Origin: Adineta vaga
Taxonomy: Eukaryota > Animalia > Rotifera
Direction of reading: 5' to 3'
Assembly: GCA_021613535.1 (NCBI GenBank)
Contig: CP075496.1
Location: 3,658,001 to 3,722,000 of the forward strand
Length of the DNA stretch: 64,000 nucleotides
Shown here piece after piece: positions 23,325-36,470 of the stretch (position 1 is the first letter of the stretch; every line of letters starts with the position of its first letter). A program made the position numbers and the translations under genes. The notes beneath the pieces are model-generated. The model did no database searches. It was given only the letters and a program-made list of their open reading frames with translations, and was not told the origin of the DNA.

Positions 23325-26300
23325 TTAATCATCAAGTGAATCGATATCAATAGAATCATCATATTCAAACTTATTTAATTTGATTGTTGTTGCATGATTT
23401 AATGAGAAATCAAATAATCTTTCATCTGTATCTGTTCTTGTATTATCAGTTAAAAATCCGATGGAATTATTCTTTTCTGTAACCATTGAATTCATATCAT
23501 ATCTAAATAGAAAGAAACAAAATAAAGATAATATTGATAATCTAATTTACATTAGTTCTACTCTATGATCAGAGTTAATAGAGAGTAAGTAGTCGTATAG
23601 TGATAACAAACAAATGTTATTTATGGATCATGTTTTGTTAAGATAAAATCTCAAATTTTCTTTGAAGAACATTGATTATTGAAAATCTTTGTTCTGATGA
23701 AAGAAAAATCAATTAGTTCTGATTGATGATCGACATTAATATTTGGGAAAAAAAGCGTTTCATTTTGACAGGATTATTTATTAGAATATCGGTCGAAAAT
23801 CACATTAGTTCGTCTAATGATGCTGTTTGTCTTTCTAGATATATAGTCTTTTCTTGGAAACTTCAAGGTCACAGATATATGTTGTCAAGTCTGTGCCATG
23901 TTATTTTACTCTTATGATAAAAATTAAAGTAATTCTTTAGATAAGATAAATAACTAAGCTTTTTGGTATATTATTTCTCCTTTAGATTTGATTGAGAAAA
24001 CGAGAATTTCTTATTTATCCATAAATTCAAGAAAACAACAGAGTAACTAGTACAAACATTATAAATTTCTGTTGATGAGAATACAATAGAGGTTGTTGAG
24101 TATAGAATTAATTATATTTTTAGCAATTCGACCCACTTTGATGACATGTATACCGATAAAAAACAACAGAATTTCTAATTATTTATTACTATTAGATTAC
24201 GATTAATATGAAATCAAAATAGACAGTTTTGATATGAGAATAATTGAATTATCTGTTCTTTTCTCCTGAATATTGTGCGGAAAAATAGAAGTAACTTACC
24301 GTCTTTTTGAATATCGATCAATATAACCAATATCAATAATCGAACGATTTGTTACATCTATAGAAAAAATTAATGGATATGTTCTCTGATATTCTATTCC
24401 TTACTTATTGTAGACGAATTCGAAACTTTTAATAAACAGGCTTGATAAGGTAAGATATTAGTAAAATATTCTTCTTCTGAACAGCCATAAACTATTCAAT
24501 ACAAATTCAAAATCAACAACAACAATAAGAATCATCAAACTTACATAATTTATTCGTTGTTAATAATGTCCGATTTTTCTGTGCCTGAACAAAAATATAA
24601 TTTATGTCATATTAAAAAAAACCCAATAATATGTACTCGAGATTTCACATCATTATCTTGTGGTTTACGCATTGGTTTAAAACCTCGTTGAACTGACGTT
24701 GAATTACATAATCGTACTGCTCGGCAAGCTATACTTGATGAAATTGAGACAAGTTGTGAACGTGTCTAAGAAATCCAATCAATCATTCACTTATCAGTAA
24801 AGATATTTTACCTCCCACTCGTTAAGAATATATTCTGTTGTACTAAGATGATCACATAGTTGAGCAATATCGTCAATTAAGGAATAAAAATCTAGGTAAT
24901 TCTCAAATAGAAATCCAATAAATGTCGATGCTGATATATGACATTGTTCGATAAGATTCTGACGGATAAAATAAGGCAACAAAAAAAAAATAGAAATAAA
25001 TTTTCAACAAATATATTTGCTTTACTTCAGGTTGTTGATTTGTATTTCCATAGATTGAATTTTCTTCTGAATCTATATAAAGATCATAGCATGATTTAGT
25101 AAGAATTATATTGAAGATTTTGTTTTTAATAAAAGAACCTTTTTTATATAAGATTCGACCAAGACCTTGAAACAATGATAAACACGTATCTTTCGAAATG
25201 TTTGTTGTCGACGATGATTTCACTTTAGTGTTATTACCTATAAACAAAAATTATTTCATTTGAAATTTTTTCATCGAATATTTACTTGAAAACTGTAATG
25301 TATTAATAGCTAATCGAAGATCGCCATTAGCTGTTTGAATAACATCATTAATACAATCTCGTGATGGTGGTTTTAATTTCTATTTTTTGAGAAAAAATAA
25401 TCAGATGATTACTATTGATGATATACGTACTAATAGAGATGCATGTTGAATAATTAAATCAAGACCTTTTTTCATATATGTCGGTGCAATTGCATTAAAA
25501 CTAGATAGAAAATGATAATGTTTGAAATAGCTCTTTAAGATGATGATGAAAAATAGTCACCTGATCTGTTCAATTTTTAATTCATCGATAATCGATAGAG
25601 AAAATAATAGATGAGGATTATTTGCTGCTGTTAATGAACTATTATCTGTTACTATAAATATGATTGGATGATATGCAACACGTTTTAATTCTCTATTATA
25701 TTAAGATAAAAAGAAGAAAATGTTTCAGTTCGTTTTCTTAGTTCTTTTTTTTTGAATTAATTTTTCTTTTTATCTAATTCACCTTAAAGTAGAATGAAAC
25801 GAAGTTATATCAGAATAAAAACCATTTGGTAAATCCTATAATAAAAAAAAGAACGAAGATATTCATATTTATAAGTTATATTTGTCCTTTTCTCTTATCT
25901 ATAAACAACAACATCAAACTATTTAACAAACTACTTCTGTTAGTTTCTCTTTTTGTTACAAACACTCATACTCTCTCTCTCTCTCTCTCTCTCTCTTTCA
26001 TTTGTGCATCTGAAAATCTTTCTTATCTTATCATTTTCTTTTTTACAGCAACTCAGCTAACATCTTCATATCATTTTCATTTATTCATTTTTTAAAGTAA
26101 CGATGCAACAAAAATACGGGCTTTTATGCCTGCTCTTCTTGTTTATCTCTGGATATTATACACAAGATCCGACAACTACGTTGAATCCTAACTGGCAAGG
26201 CGATCCCAAAGTATGTATAGTTAATCCACCACCAACTCCATCACCAGAACCAGCACCACCATTCCCTCAATTTTCTCAAACGGCAGAATTTACACTTGAA

Positions 26301-29300
26301 CGTGTTGAATCTAGTCGTTTAGTAACAAATATAACGCTTCCAAGTCAATTATCATTGTACCAATATCTTTATGATTATAATGCCAATAAATTAATCATGG
26401 TCAAGAATAAAAATGGTTTGATTGATGTCGAATATTACTACTACAATATTCTCAAGAAATCAACCTATTATGGAGGACAATTCTGTGTTGTTACAGATAT
26501 TCCACAAAATGCTGATATGGGTAAGTTTAGATATTTTATATTTTTGAGATAGAATGGATCTTTTACATGTCTATTTTAGATGGTGCATCGGCAATTAAGT
26601 TGGCAGATGGTTCATGGCATATTCGTCCTCTGAATGAATTTCTCTTGTTTTCAAGTGACAGCCCAGATCGACGAGTAACACCAATTTATCTTGGTAAAAC
26701 CATGGTTCGTGGTATTCCTGTTGATAAGTGGCAATCATGTTACATTGATCGATCACAATATCGTACAGTTCGACGTATTTGGTATTTCGCTCAACAAGGT
26801 GTTTCAACGCCAACTGGTCTTGTTGGTCAATACGCTCATCCAATTCAAGCAGAAATCACTGGTTCACTTGACCTTCCCAATGGTACACAAATAGCAGAAG
26901 TTGATGAACTCTACAATGTCATATCATACCGGCCATATATTTTGGAAACAGCTGATGCGTTAGCACCACCCAAAGGTGTATTTTGTAACAGTGGCCCAGG
27001 TCAATCATTAATTTCACTTCGAGATATTGGTGCAGGTTGGCCAAATCGCTTTAGTGTTCGTGTTGAAGCTTCAACAAGTCGAAGTGAACGATGGCAAAGA
27101 TTTCATTTACGTTATGATAGTGGCCGAGATGGCAATTCAAAACGTTTACGATATGATTATGCTCCACCTGGTTCAGAAGATTTTGTCTCTGTTATTCATG
27201 ATTATGCCAATGATATAACTTATACAATCGATCGTCGTGCTGGTGCATGTCATGTGAATCGTTCTGTCGACATACCTGATGTCAGTCCAACACGTGATCC
27301 AATTGAATTTTTCATCAAAAATGAAGCACGATTCATATTCGATCCACCAGCAAATGCTTGGGAATATAATGGATTTCGATGTAAGAAGCATAAAGAATTT
27401 TAAGAAATTATTATCTATTCGATTTCTTTTTTAGCTTGCCGAGGTAATACAATTAAATGCACAATCTTGACAACATCAATGGACAACTTTCCTGTTATGG
27501 TTGACATCGATACAGGCAAACCTACTGGTGAAACATGGGCAGCAACAAATATAGAATATGCATGGTCCATGCGCGCACCATTTGCTCCAACATTTATGAA
27601 TCGATCAAGACGATTTGATTATCCAACAACATTATATTTAAAACTTTTTCGATTTGAAGATCCAAATAACCCATCACCACTTACTGTTCGTAGTGAAGAT
27701 ATTGAATATGAATTCTATGAAATGTCTCATGAAAGACATCCACAAGATTTCGATGTTAGTGCATGTTATCGATCATTAGGTTATGAATATTTACATCTTA
27801 CGTTTGTGATGAAATTGAACAAAGGTAGTATCATTGATGGTAATCATTTAGATCGACGAGAATTAGAATTCTTCACATATTTTGCTATTCGAAATATGAG
27901 TGAAGTTAGTTTTTCACGTATCAGTGAAGTTGAAATTGACCATGAACGTGTCGGTAATGATGTAACTGTGTTTTTTACTCTTCTTGGACGAACACCAAAT
28001 CCAGGTTCACCAACTGGTTTTGTTGATGAAATTACAGCTGCTACTGCTCGTGATAAATTAAAAAATGCTATTGATGCAGGAAAATTTTATTTTGACTTTT
28101 CCTTAATGGATAATTCAACGGTACAATTTCGAGCAGAAGCTGGTTCATTAAAAGGATCAAAACTTTATATGTCAACACATGCAGGAGGTCCAGTTAAAAC
28201 TATTGATAAATATACATCGGGTTCAGAAGCACTCGCTATTATTGTTGGTTTACTTCTTGGTCTAATTGTAGGTGTAATTATAGCAGGAGTTGTAAGAGTT
28301 GTACGAAAAGAACCAATGCCTGCAGCAATATCATTATCAAATCCTCTTCCATCCATCAATTTCCATACAAAGAAAAATGCAGCTGCATCGAATGCTTAAA
28401 CAAATTATCTATTCTATGAACTTACATATATTTTCTATTCATTATTTTTTTTTCTAGTTTTTCTATAAAACATCAATCAATATGTAGTTTGAATTATGTC
28501 ATTTTCTTTTCTCTTTCTATTTGAATAATAAAACTTTGAACTTACTTCAATCAGAACTAGTTGTTTATTATAAGATGATTGTGATTCAATAGATTCTTCA
28601 TTGTCATCATCGAATGTTAGACCATTGCTTGAATTACCAGTTGAAGATGATAGATAACGAGTAGATTGAAAGACAAATGTACGAAATAAACGTTTTTGAG
28701 ATTCAGTCCATTGACGATCATCTGAAAAACAATGTAGATAGAAATCATTGTCATCGTTTGAAATAACAAGAGAGATATTGCAGTTTATTGAAGCAAATCA
28801 TCAGAGATAAACATTAGATTAATCAGATTCATATTATAAAAATATATTTGTATACATCAACGAGAACTACTACAGTTCAATCAACATATAACTTTTTATG
28901 CATTGGGGAATTCGTATTTACATAACATATTTTTCTTGTATCGATTTTCTCTTAATAAAGTTTGAATCCCGACTGTTGTATGAATCGAAATAAACCATAC
29001 TTTTTCAGACTCCAGACAGTCTCAGAGGACATTCGTAGTACGAAAGAATCAAATCTATTCATTCATCATGCAAATATTTATCATATAGACTCATTATTGC
29101 CTTATACAAATAATTCAAAAGAGTTCTTTTCATTGAGATCACGTCTATTCAATTAATTATTTACTTTATATTCGTATTTGAATGATTGATACTGTAAATT
29201 AGAACTAACCTTGTTGTTCATCGGATGCAGTTGCTGTTAATGTCGATGTTGTTCGTGTTTCCCATTCGATGATATTAATATTCATTGAAGATGCTAATAT

Positions 29301-29825
29301 TCGTAGACACGTTGATTTTCCAGAACCGGATGGACCAGACATCAATATTAATTTGGATGGTCTCTAATATAAAATCGAATATAAATGAAATATATATATA
29401 TATATATATAAACGTAATCTTACTTTAGGACTTTTAACAAGTTCACATGATCTTTCTAAACTTTCTTCTAATTCTTTGATTTTTTTTGGATGTAAAATTA
29501 GATCATGTCGTGTTTTCGGTCGAAATAAAGTAGACCAAAGTTCATCATTTTGTTTCGTTTTCGTTTTCGTCATGATGGATCGAGCTGTAGATGACGATGT
29601 TATTGATGATTGTTGTGATTGTGAAGACAATTTCGATACAAATGTTTTAGGACTTTTCGTTTGAATATTAGTTATCAATGTAGGAGATGGTGGAACGTCA
29701 TTAAATTGTTCAAATATATTTCGATAGGATGATGGATTAAGAGAATTTGGAGATGTTTTAAAACGTTTTATCGGCTGTTCCGATCGAATATTAAGATCCG
29801 AAACTGAAGGAATTCGACGAGACAT
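23325..29825 (-). CDS. RAD17: Cell-cycle checkpoint clamp loader RAD17, multi-exon
   Basis: ELWSTLFRPKTRHDLILHPKKIKEL; Walker A GPSGSGKST (~29340-29315); Walker B-like LVLIE|DLPNGF; FNAIAPTYMKKGL; ANGDLRLAINTLQF; KDTCLSLFQGLGRILYKK; acidic tail ..DDSIDIDSLDD*. Confidence 0.92.
25971..25996 (+). repeat. (CT)n microsatellite upstream of the nested membrane-protein gene
   Basis: ctctctctctctctctctctctctct. Confidence 0.85.
26103..28399 (+). CDS. Type I membrane protein with repeated ependymin/LolA-like beta-sheet modules, nested antisense in a RAD17 intron (exons ~26103-26521, 26580-27380, 27436-28399)
   Basis: Signal peptide, Pro-rich linker, repeated YDY..N...C and YxG...RG..(D/K)xW/C motifs, FDVSAC, TM segment ALAIIVGLLLGLIVGVIIAGVV and a short tail. 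The gene is clear; the fold assignment is inference. Confidence 0.8.
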
Positions 29826-30385
29826 TTGTCTAGTCGATAATAATTATAAAGAGAAGAATGACAAATTTCGAATTAATTGTAGTTTTAATTCAATTTCAGT
29901 TAAACGTTAGTCTTCTTTTCTATACAAATTCTTTCATGGCGCTACGATCTATTTCTTTATTGACATGGCATGTAACTCCATCATCTCGATCTAACAAATT
30001 GTTGGTTCCATTCTTTCATTTGTCATTTCAGTCGATCAAAAAAAATGTTTTTTCATACACAAAAGTAAGATCAATCGTTTTCCTTTTTTTTGCATGGAAT
30101 CTGATTGTAAAAGATGACTTTATTGATTGCATGTATGTTTTATTACAACTAAAGATTGATAATGATGAGTACTTCTAGCAAAAGAAACTCTCTCAGGACT
30201 CATGCAGTGAATTCGCAAACATGCATAAGAGAAGAAAAAAAAGAAGAAGAGAAAATTTGATCAAATTTACTCTACTCTTTCGATAATCTGCATATTGAGA
30301 GAAAGAAAGAAAAAAAGTTGCTCTACACTCGAAACATCTTCGAAGAAGAGTACTTGATTAGTTATTTAGCTTATATTGACTATAG

Positions 30386-30417
30386 TGATGATGATGATGA
30401 TGATGATGATGACGATG
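30386..30417 (+). repeat. (GAT)n microsatellite between RAD17 and APBB
   Basis: tgatgatgatgatgatgatgatgatgacgatg. Confidence 0.85.
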
Positions 30418-30936
30418 TTGTTGTTTTTTTCTCTACATTCTAATCAAATAATGTTTTTTTTTCCTGCAGCTGATTATTACTATTCTTGGAAAGGACGCCT
30501 AGATTTTTCAATCAACTTCTAGCCAATCTCGCATCGTTGCTTTCATTTCTCGATGCAAATTTATAAAGCTCAATAGAGAAAAAATGGAGAATTTGATTTA
30601 TAGTATACATAGATTTAGTTTTTCTCTTCTATATTTCTATTACTCATATGCTAATTTGAACTCTTGAGCTTAACGAATATATATATGATGAAAGATACGG
30701 ACTTCTCAATAATCGTAAATTGTTATTATATGCATAGAAGGAAAAAAAAGGGAACACAAGAGAAAAAAAGATTGTTTGTCTCGCTTTTCCTTCGTTTCTT
30801 TTTTTTTGAGCGAGTCAAAGGAGAGAGAGAGAGAGAGAACGAAGAGAAGAACATTCGGTGATTATTTCAGTAGTTTTTATATATATTTTCTGATCTGAGT
30901 AAAAGAAATCTTGATCAGTATAACAGTATATCAAAC

Positions 30937-33153
30937 ATGATTCGTGATAGACACAGTAAATCGAATCATGGGTCAGATAGATCATTGAATACTTATCGTT
31001 TAAAATATTCTCATCATTTAAATTATTGGAAAAATCTCAGAAAAACGAATTATTGGATTACTTTCGAAAATCCATTATTTCAGAATTCAGGTAAAATGAA
31101 AGTTCTACTTTTAACCAAAGTCCCTATCAAAAGATTCGATTCTAATTTATATTATTTACTTTGTTTTTCTAGTTCATCTAACTAACGAATGTCATTTTCA
31201 TTTGTAAGTAATTCTTCTTTCTTATCGAAATAAATCTAAAATTTTCTAATAGAAATTCGATTCCTACGGACAATCTATCATCACCAACAGAATCAACGGA
31301 TAGTGGAATACACATACATATGGAACGAACAATTACAGTTCGTATTGAATTCATTTTTTTTTATCTTTCTAAGAAAAGAAAAAAATTTGTTTTTGTAGAT
31401 GGATGATATGAATCTTCCAGTTGGTTGGGAACGATTTGAAGGTAAGAACTCTTCATAAAAATTGATTTTATGACATTTTTGTTGATATATATAGACGAGC
31501 AAGGTATTTATTATTGGCATAAACGTACTGGTACTGTAACACGTGATCGACCTGAATCTCTTACAACATCTCCATCATTGACACTTTCTCCATCACCATC
31601 AACTGATACATGTTTCGAAATTAATTCTCTCTTATATAGAAGTGAATCGGAAATGTCATTTCAAGTAATTTAATCTTTTGTTAATCATCATTATATGCGA
31701 CATTGAGAAATGAATTTGTTTTTTGAAGACATTGGATAATAATTCTGAACAACATCGTTTCTATGTTCGTTCACTTGGTTGGACAAAAGTTGATGAAGAA
31801 GATTTAAACAATGATCGAAGTAGTCGTTCCTATTAATCGATGTATTTCAGAATTAACAAATGGAATCAATGATGGTATTAATTGTTGGGGAGATGGTAAA
31901 GATCTTTATATGGATATAAATAAAAAAGATATACTCCTAATTGATCCGAGTGAAATGATAATCATACATAAACAATCAATACCATCGATTAGAATTTGGG
32001 GTGTTGGAAGAGAAAATTCTAGGTTTGAGAACATCTATTGTTGTTTTTGGTTTTTTCGTGATTGAAAATTTCATTTCATCTATCTAGGGATTTTGCTTAT
32101 GTAGCAAAAGATAAAGATCGAATGAAGAATATCTATAAATGTCATGTTTTTCGATGCGATAATACATCAGCAAGAATAATTGCTAATACATTGCGTGATG
32201 TATGTAAAAACTTAATGATCGAACGTGGTTTATTAGCGGCTACGAAAGAATCTTCAACTGATGAAATCTCCGGACAAAAACGGTAAGATTATAAATAGAA
32301 TTTTTCTCAGATATGAATAATCTAAAGTTTGATCACTATAGACCAACATCGTTTCCAGAATCGATTGAGAATGAATTAACTCATGGTAATAGTTTAAATT
32401 TGTTTTTATTTTGAATAACAAAATATGATTTTATTTTAGTATCATTTCCAACACCAATGGAAGAACAAAAGAAACATGTACCATGTAAATATTTAGGTTG
32501 TATATATGTTGAAAAACCTGGTGGAATCCATATTTTACGACCAGCTATTGAAAAAGTTTCACAGACAGTTCCTGAAGATAAATGGATTTCAGTTACAGTG
32601 AATATATCACCAACATCGATTATTGTTTCGTCAGATGATGTTCGTTAATTTGTGGAACGAATTCATTGTCTTTATAAAAGATTTTCTAGGATACAAAAGA
32701 ACAATTACTTGATTGTCGTATTCGTTATCTTTCATTTCTCGGTGTTGGTCAAGATAACAAGTAAATCTAACATTTATTTTCGATTTTGACGAAATTCATA
32801 TCTGTATGTTTCTAGTTTTTGTGGAATAATTATTCATTGTGCAGATAATTCTTTTAAATGTCATGTTTTTTATTGTCAACCATCTTGTGTTCAACTTTGT
32901 AAAAATATTGAAGCGGCTTGTAAAGTAAATATTGAATATCTTTCGATTGATTCCATTTTCATATCATTCATTCTAGTTACGCTATCAAAAATGCCTTGAT
33001 GCTCATCCACAGGTCATACGACCAGTGGAACAAACAAAAGTTTGTTAGAATATTTTTGAGATGATACATGTGTTAAATTTGATCTTTTTTTTGTAGAGTT
33101 ACGGTGCACAAATCAAAAGTTTGGTTGAATCATTTTGGTTTGGAAATAAATAA
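30937..33153 (+). CDS. APBB1: Fe65/APBB family adaptor (WW + two PTB domains), multi-exon
   Basis: WW LPVGWERFE|DEQGIYYWHKRTGTVTRDRP; PTB1 FYVRSLGW..SIRIWGVGRENSRDFAYVAKD..KCHVFRCD; PTB2 CKYLG..DCRIRYLSFLGVG..FKCHVF..ACKLRYQKCLDA. Start codon uncertain; the symbol marks the family. Confidence 0.88.
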
Positions 33154-34498
33154 TCTATTTGTCTGATTTTTAAGTCAATCGAAATTTGATGTTCCTTTTC
33201 AATATCAGATCATTGTTTTGTCGTTTGTTTTTTGATGTATTTTATCAATTTCTATTCGCAATTGAAACGTCAGTAATAATAATAAAAAAAAAGATGATGT
33301 TGTATTGTAAATACCAAAACCATAAAGAAATTTCAAAGTATGTATGTGAAGTGAAGAAGATGTGCAAAGACTAATGGTATACTTTGATCAAAATGCAGAT
33401 GAAAAGTAATAATCGGAAATGGTATTTAGTGTGATTCGCTATGATACAATTACTCGTTTCTGTTCAATTTTCTTCTATTAATACAGACATCGTTCAATGA
33501 TCACTTATGTAGATTATAGTACTTATATTCAGAGACATAACTCGGAAATCTACGATGCAAGAGAAAGATATAGTATCAATGAAAAAATTCAATATATTTT
33601 CTTTCCATTCGTTGTCGGCAGAGAGTAATTTGACATGTGAAGGTTGAATAAGTTTTTGTGTATTCCATTAGATATATTGCATTTTAATTGTTTACTATTC
33701 AATTCTTCAAGATAATTTAAATGTTCTAGAAGGATGTATAACCTTGTTTGAAGTTTACATTTTTATTGATTTAATATCGATCAATCATTCTCTTTTCAAT
33801 AGCAAGATATAGGATTAAAAAAACCAAGAAGAAAAACAGTAACCTTCAATTATTCATTGCATGATATATGTGTATTAGGAGACATTTGATTTTCAATTGA
33901 TTGGTATTAATTATGAATAGTATTTTAATCGTATTCCTTTCTGTCAGTTTCTATTAGGAAATGATAGATGTATGAAGGGTCTCTGAAAACATTTGATTGG
34001 TTTTAGTGTAATAGAAAATAAACACACTAGAAAAGAATATCACAAGGTGAAAGAGTAGAAGATAATATAGGCAAAAACATTCTGTTGTTGTTTCTTTCTA
34101 GTCTAGAGAGAATTGAAATGTTGAATCGCTTCGAGACAAATATATTGTATATGAAATTAATTTTCCTGAAGGAGATATATAAAAAAATAAGCAATATCGA
34201 ACAGGTGGTTTCTTGATTGCGATGCTGTTTTTCAATTTTATACTAAATCCGTCAGTCAGGGCACAAAAGTCAATCAAAAATTGTATACTATTTTAATAAT
34301 AGATCTTTCATGAATTTTTGCCTATTTGAATCGATCACACTATGTGTGGTTTTTTGGGTTTTATTTTCTTCTTTTCCACTAAATGTCATTAATGACAATA
34401 AAATGAAAACTAAAATAAACGATTGACAATCATATTCTCCTAACAAAACATAACAATAACTGATTGTTTTCACATTTGTTAAAAATAGATGTCTTTGT

Positions 34499-36203
34499 CT
34501 ATTCAGCATCACCACTTTGTAATGATTTGAGATAATCTGTTTTACGTTGTTGAACACGATTTTTACGTGATGATCGAGCAAGTCGAACTTTATTCCATCT
34601 AAATAATTTAATGAATTTATATTTTAATCATTTGTTATAGAAAAAAAATAATAAAAGCAAATTTACCGTTTAGCTTTTGGTGCGTCAGCTTTCTTTTCTT
34701 TTCGTGGTGAGGGTGATGGATCTGCACGAATAGCTGCATGTGCTGCTTTATACAAAGCTTCAAACTAAAAGTCGTAATATTGAGGTAAATAATCATCAAT
34801 CAATAAAGAAAATTATTTACCGAAGTTGGTGCTATACCAGCTCTAACAAAACGTGAAAATTGTTTTGCGTAAGCATCAGGATTCTCTTCTTTCAATGATG
34901 TCATATAATTAGCAACGTGTGAGCCAAAGATATGTTGACGATGAACGTCGGCATTGAATTTTTTGCCTTCACGACTGTATCCGGGAAAGCGTCGAGTACT
35001 AAAAACAAAAATATAAACAATAATTCATAAATATCATATTATATAGAATGAAATGCATCAGAAATGGATAATCGTCAAGTTCTATATCAGAAGAGATGAC
35101 AGAAAAGGTAAATATTCATCATATGCATTGATAGTGATTCGAAAAAAATATAATTCATTGTGTAAAATCAGAAAGGGGCGAAATGTCCAAATAAAGTGGA
35201 ACTCTTCAGTTTATCATATCCGATGAACTTACATCTCATCATGTTTTACACATAGAATTCATTGTAGAAAAGCAAAATCAGAAAGGGGCGAAATGTCCAA
35301 ATAAAGTGGAACTCTTCATTTTATCAAGTCCGATGAACTTACATCTCATCATGTTTTGCATTTTCTTTTAGTCATCGAAAAAAGAAACAAATCATTATCT
35401 TTACCTATGGGGAATATCGAGTCCACCATCTACAGCACCTTTTAATGCGCCAAAAACTTTTGCGCCGGTTGTTGTTCTTGCTAATCCAACATCAAGATAA
35501 CAGCGAAATGGACGTTTTTGTCCATCTACTGGTTCATTCTCAAATTCGCCACCTGTTATATCAGTTGTACCTTTATAGATACCGTCAAGTTTGTGTTTTT
35601 GTAATGTTCTTCGTGCTAAAAGTAAACCGGTACAGTAAGCAGCTGCATAGTTTGTAAGACCAAGTTTAACACCATAGCGTGGTAATTCATGTGCATACGC
35701 TGATGTTACAATATAGTCGCCTTCAATTCGGGCATAAGCAATCTAAATATTTCAACTTCAGATGGACAATAATGAAAATTATTCAAATAAAATCTGCATC
35801 AGAATTTTGCACAAAAAGTTTTCGACATATCTTCGTATTCAGAAGAGATGACAGAATATATGGAAAATCATCCTATGCAGAAAAAAATGTTTTCTAATCT
35901 TACTTGGCAAATGATATCTTTATTTGTTATTCGAACAATAAGACGATATTTGGGTGTATTATATTTATTTTTATCTTGATGAATTAATGCATGACGAGCA
36001 TAAAAATCAGTTTTTCCCTCTAGAACAATATCAAGAATATAGATCGAATCAATTGGCGAAAAAAAAACAACTTACGTCGACGACGTTTGGATTTGACTTG
36101 ATATCTTTTAAAGTATGCTTTATTTTTAACCACTTTAACAAAAGCCTATGAGAAACGAAAGAAAACTATATTCAGAATGAAACTGAAAACGAATGTTCAC
36201 CAT
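34499..36203 (-). CDS. RPL5: 60S ribosomal protein L5 (uL18), multi-exon with an ATG-only first coding exon
   Basis: M|[102 protein letters not shown]; missed by the ORF track. Confidence 0.96.
35052..35129 (-). ncRNA. Intronic box C/D snoRNA, probable snR48/SNORD60-like (copy 1)
   Basis: Terminal stem AATGCAT/ATGCATT, C box ATGATGA, D' CTGA preceded by CTTTTCTGTCATCTCTT (complementary to the LSU rRNA AGAGxTGxCAGAAAAG region), terminal D box CTGA. Confidence 0.8.
35161..35250 (-). ncRNA. Intronic box C/D snoRNA, probable snR60/SNORD80-like (copy 1)
   Basis: Stem TGTAAAA/TTTTACA, C box ATGATGA, D box CTGA preceded by TTTCGCCCCT (complementary to LSU rRNA AGGGGCGAAA). Confidence 0.8.
35272..35359 (-). 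ncRNA. Intronic box C/D snoRNA, tandem duplicate of 35161-35250
   Basis: Near-identical body with the same boxes and guide; stem GCAAAA/TTTTGC shows a compensatory change relative to copy 1. Confidence 0.8.
35793..35881 (-). ncRNA. Intronic box C/D snoRNA, diverged paralog of 35052-35129
   Basis: Stem TCTGCAT/ATGCAGA, variant C box AGGATGA, same guide TTCTGTCATCTCTT before CTGA, terminal CTGA. Confidence 0.72.
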
Positions 36204-36470
36204 GATTCTAAATATGTGGATGGACGACTTCTGGAATATATTCTAAGCGAAAGAAAAAAATAAACAATCGATCGAAAACGATCCTCCACGTTTGACGACC
36301 TCCACGTTGATCAGTTATTCTTCGCCAATGAGAACTATTTAAATGATTAATGCATTCTAGTCTGAAAGGGTTATTGATCGATTAGGATTGGCTGAAAATG
36401 ATTCTCGTTTTATAACAATTTGGTTACATCGATTTTCGAACGAATTTATTATATTATTCATCGTATAACA

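Noticed and set aside
34288-35897. ORF-track calls at 34288-34581, 35445-35657 and 35679-35897
   Set aside because: Off-frame or antisense overlaps of RPL5 exons
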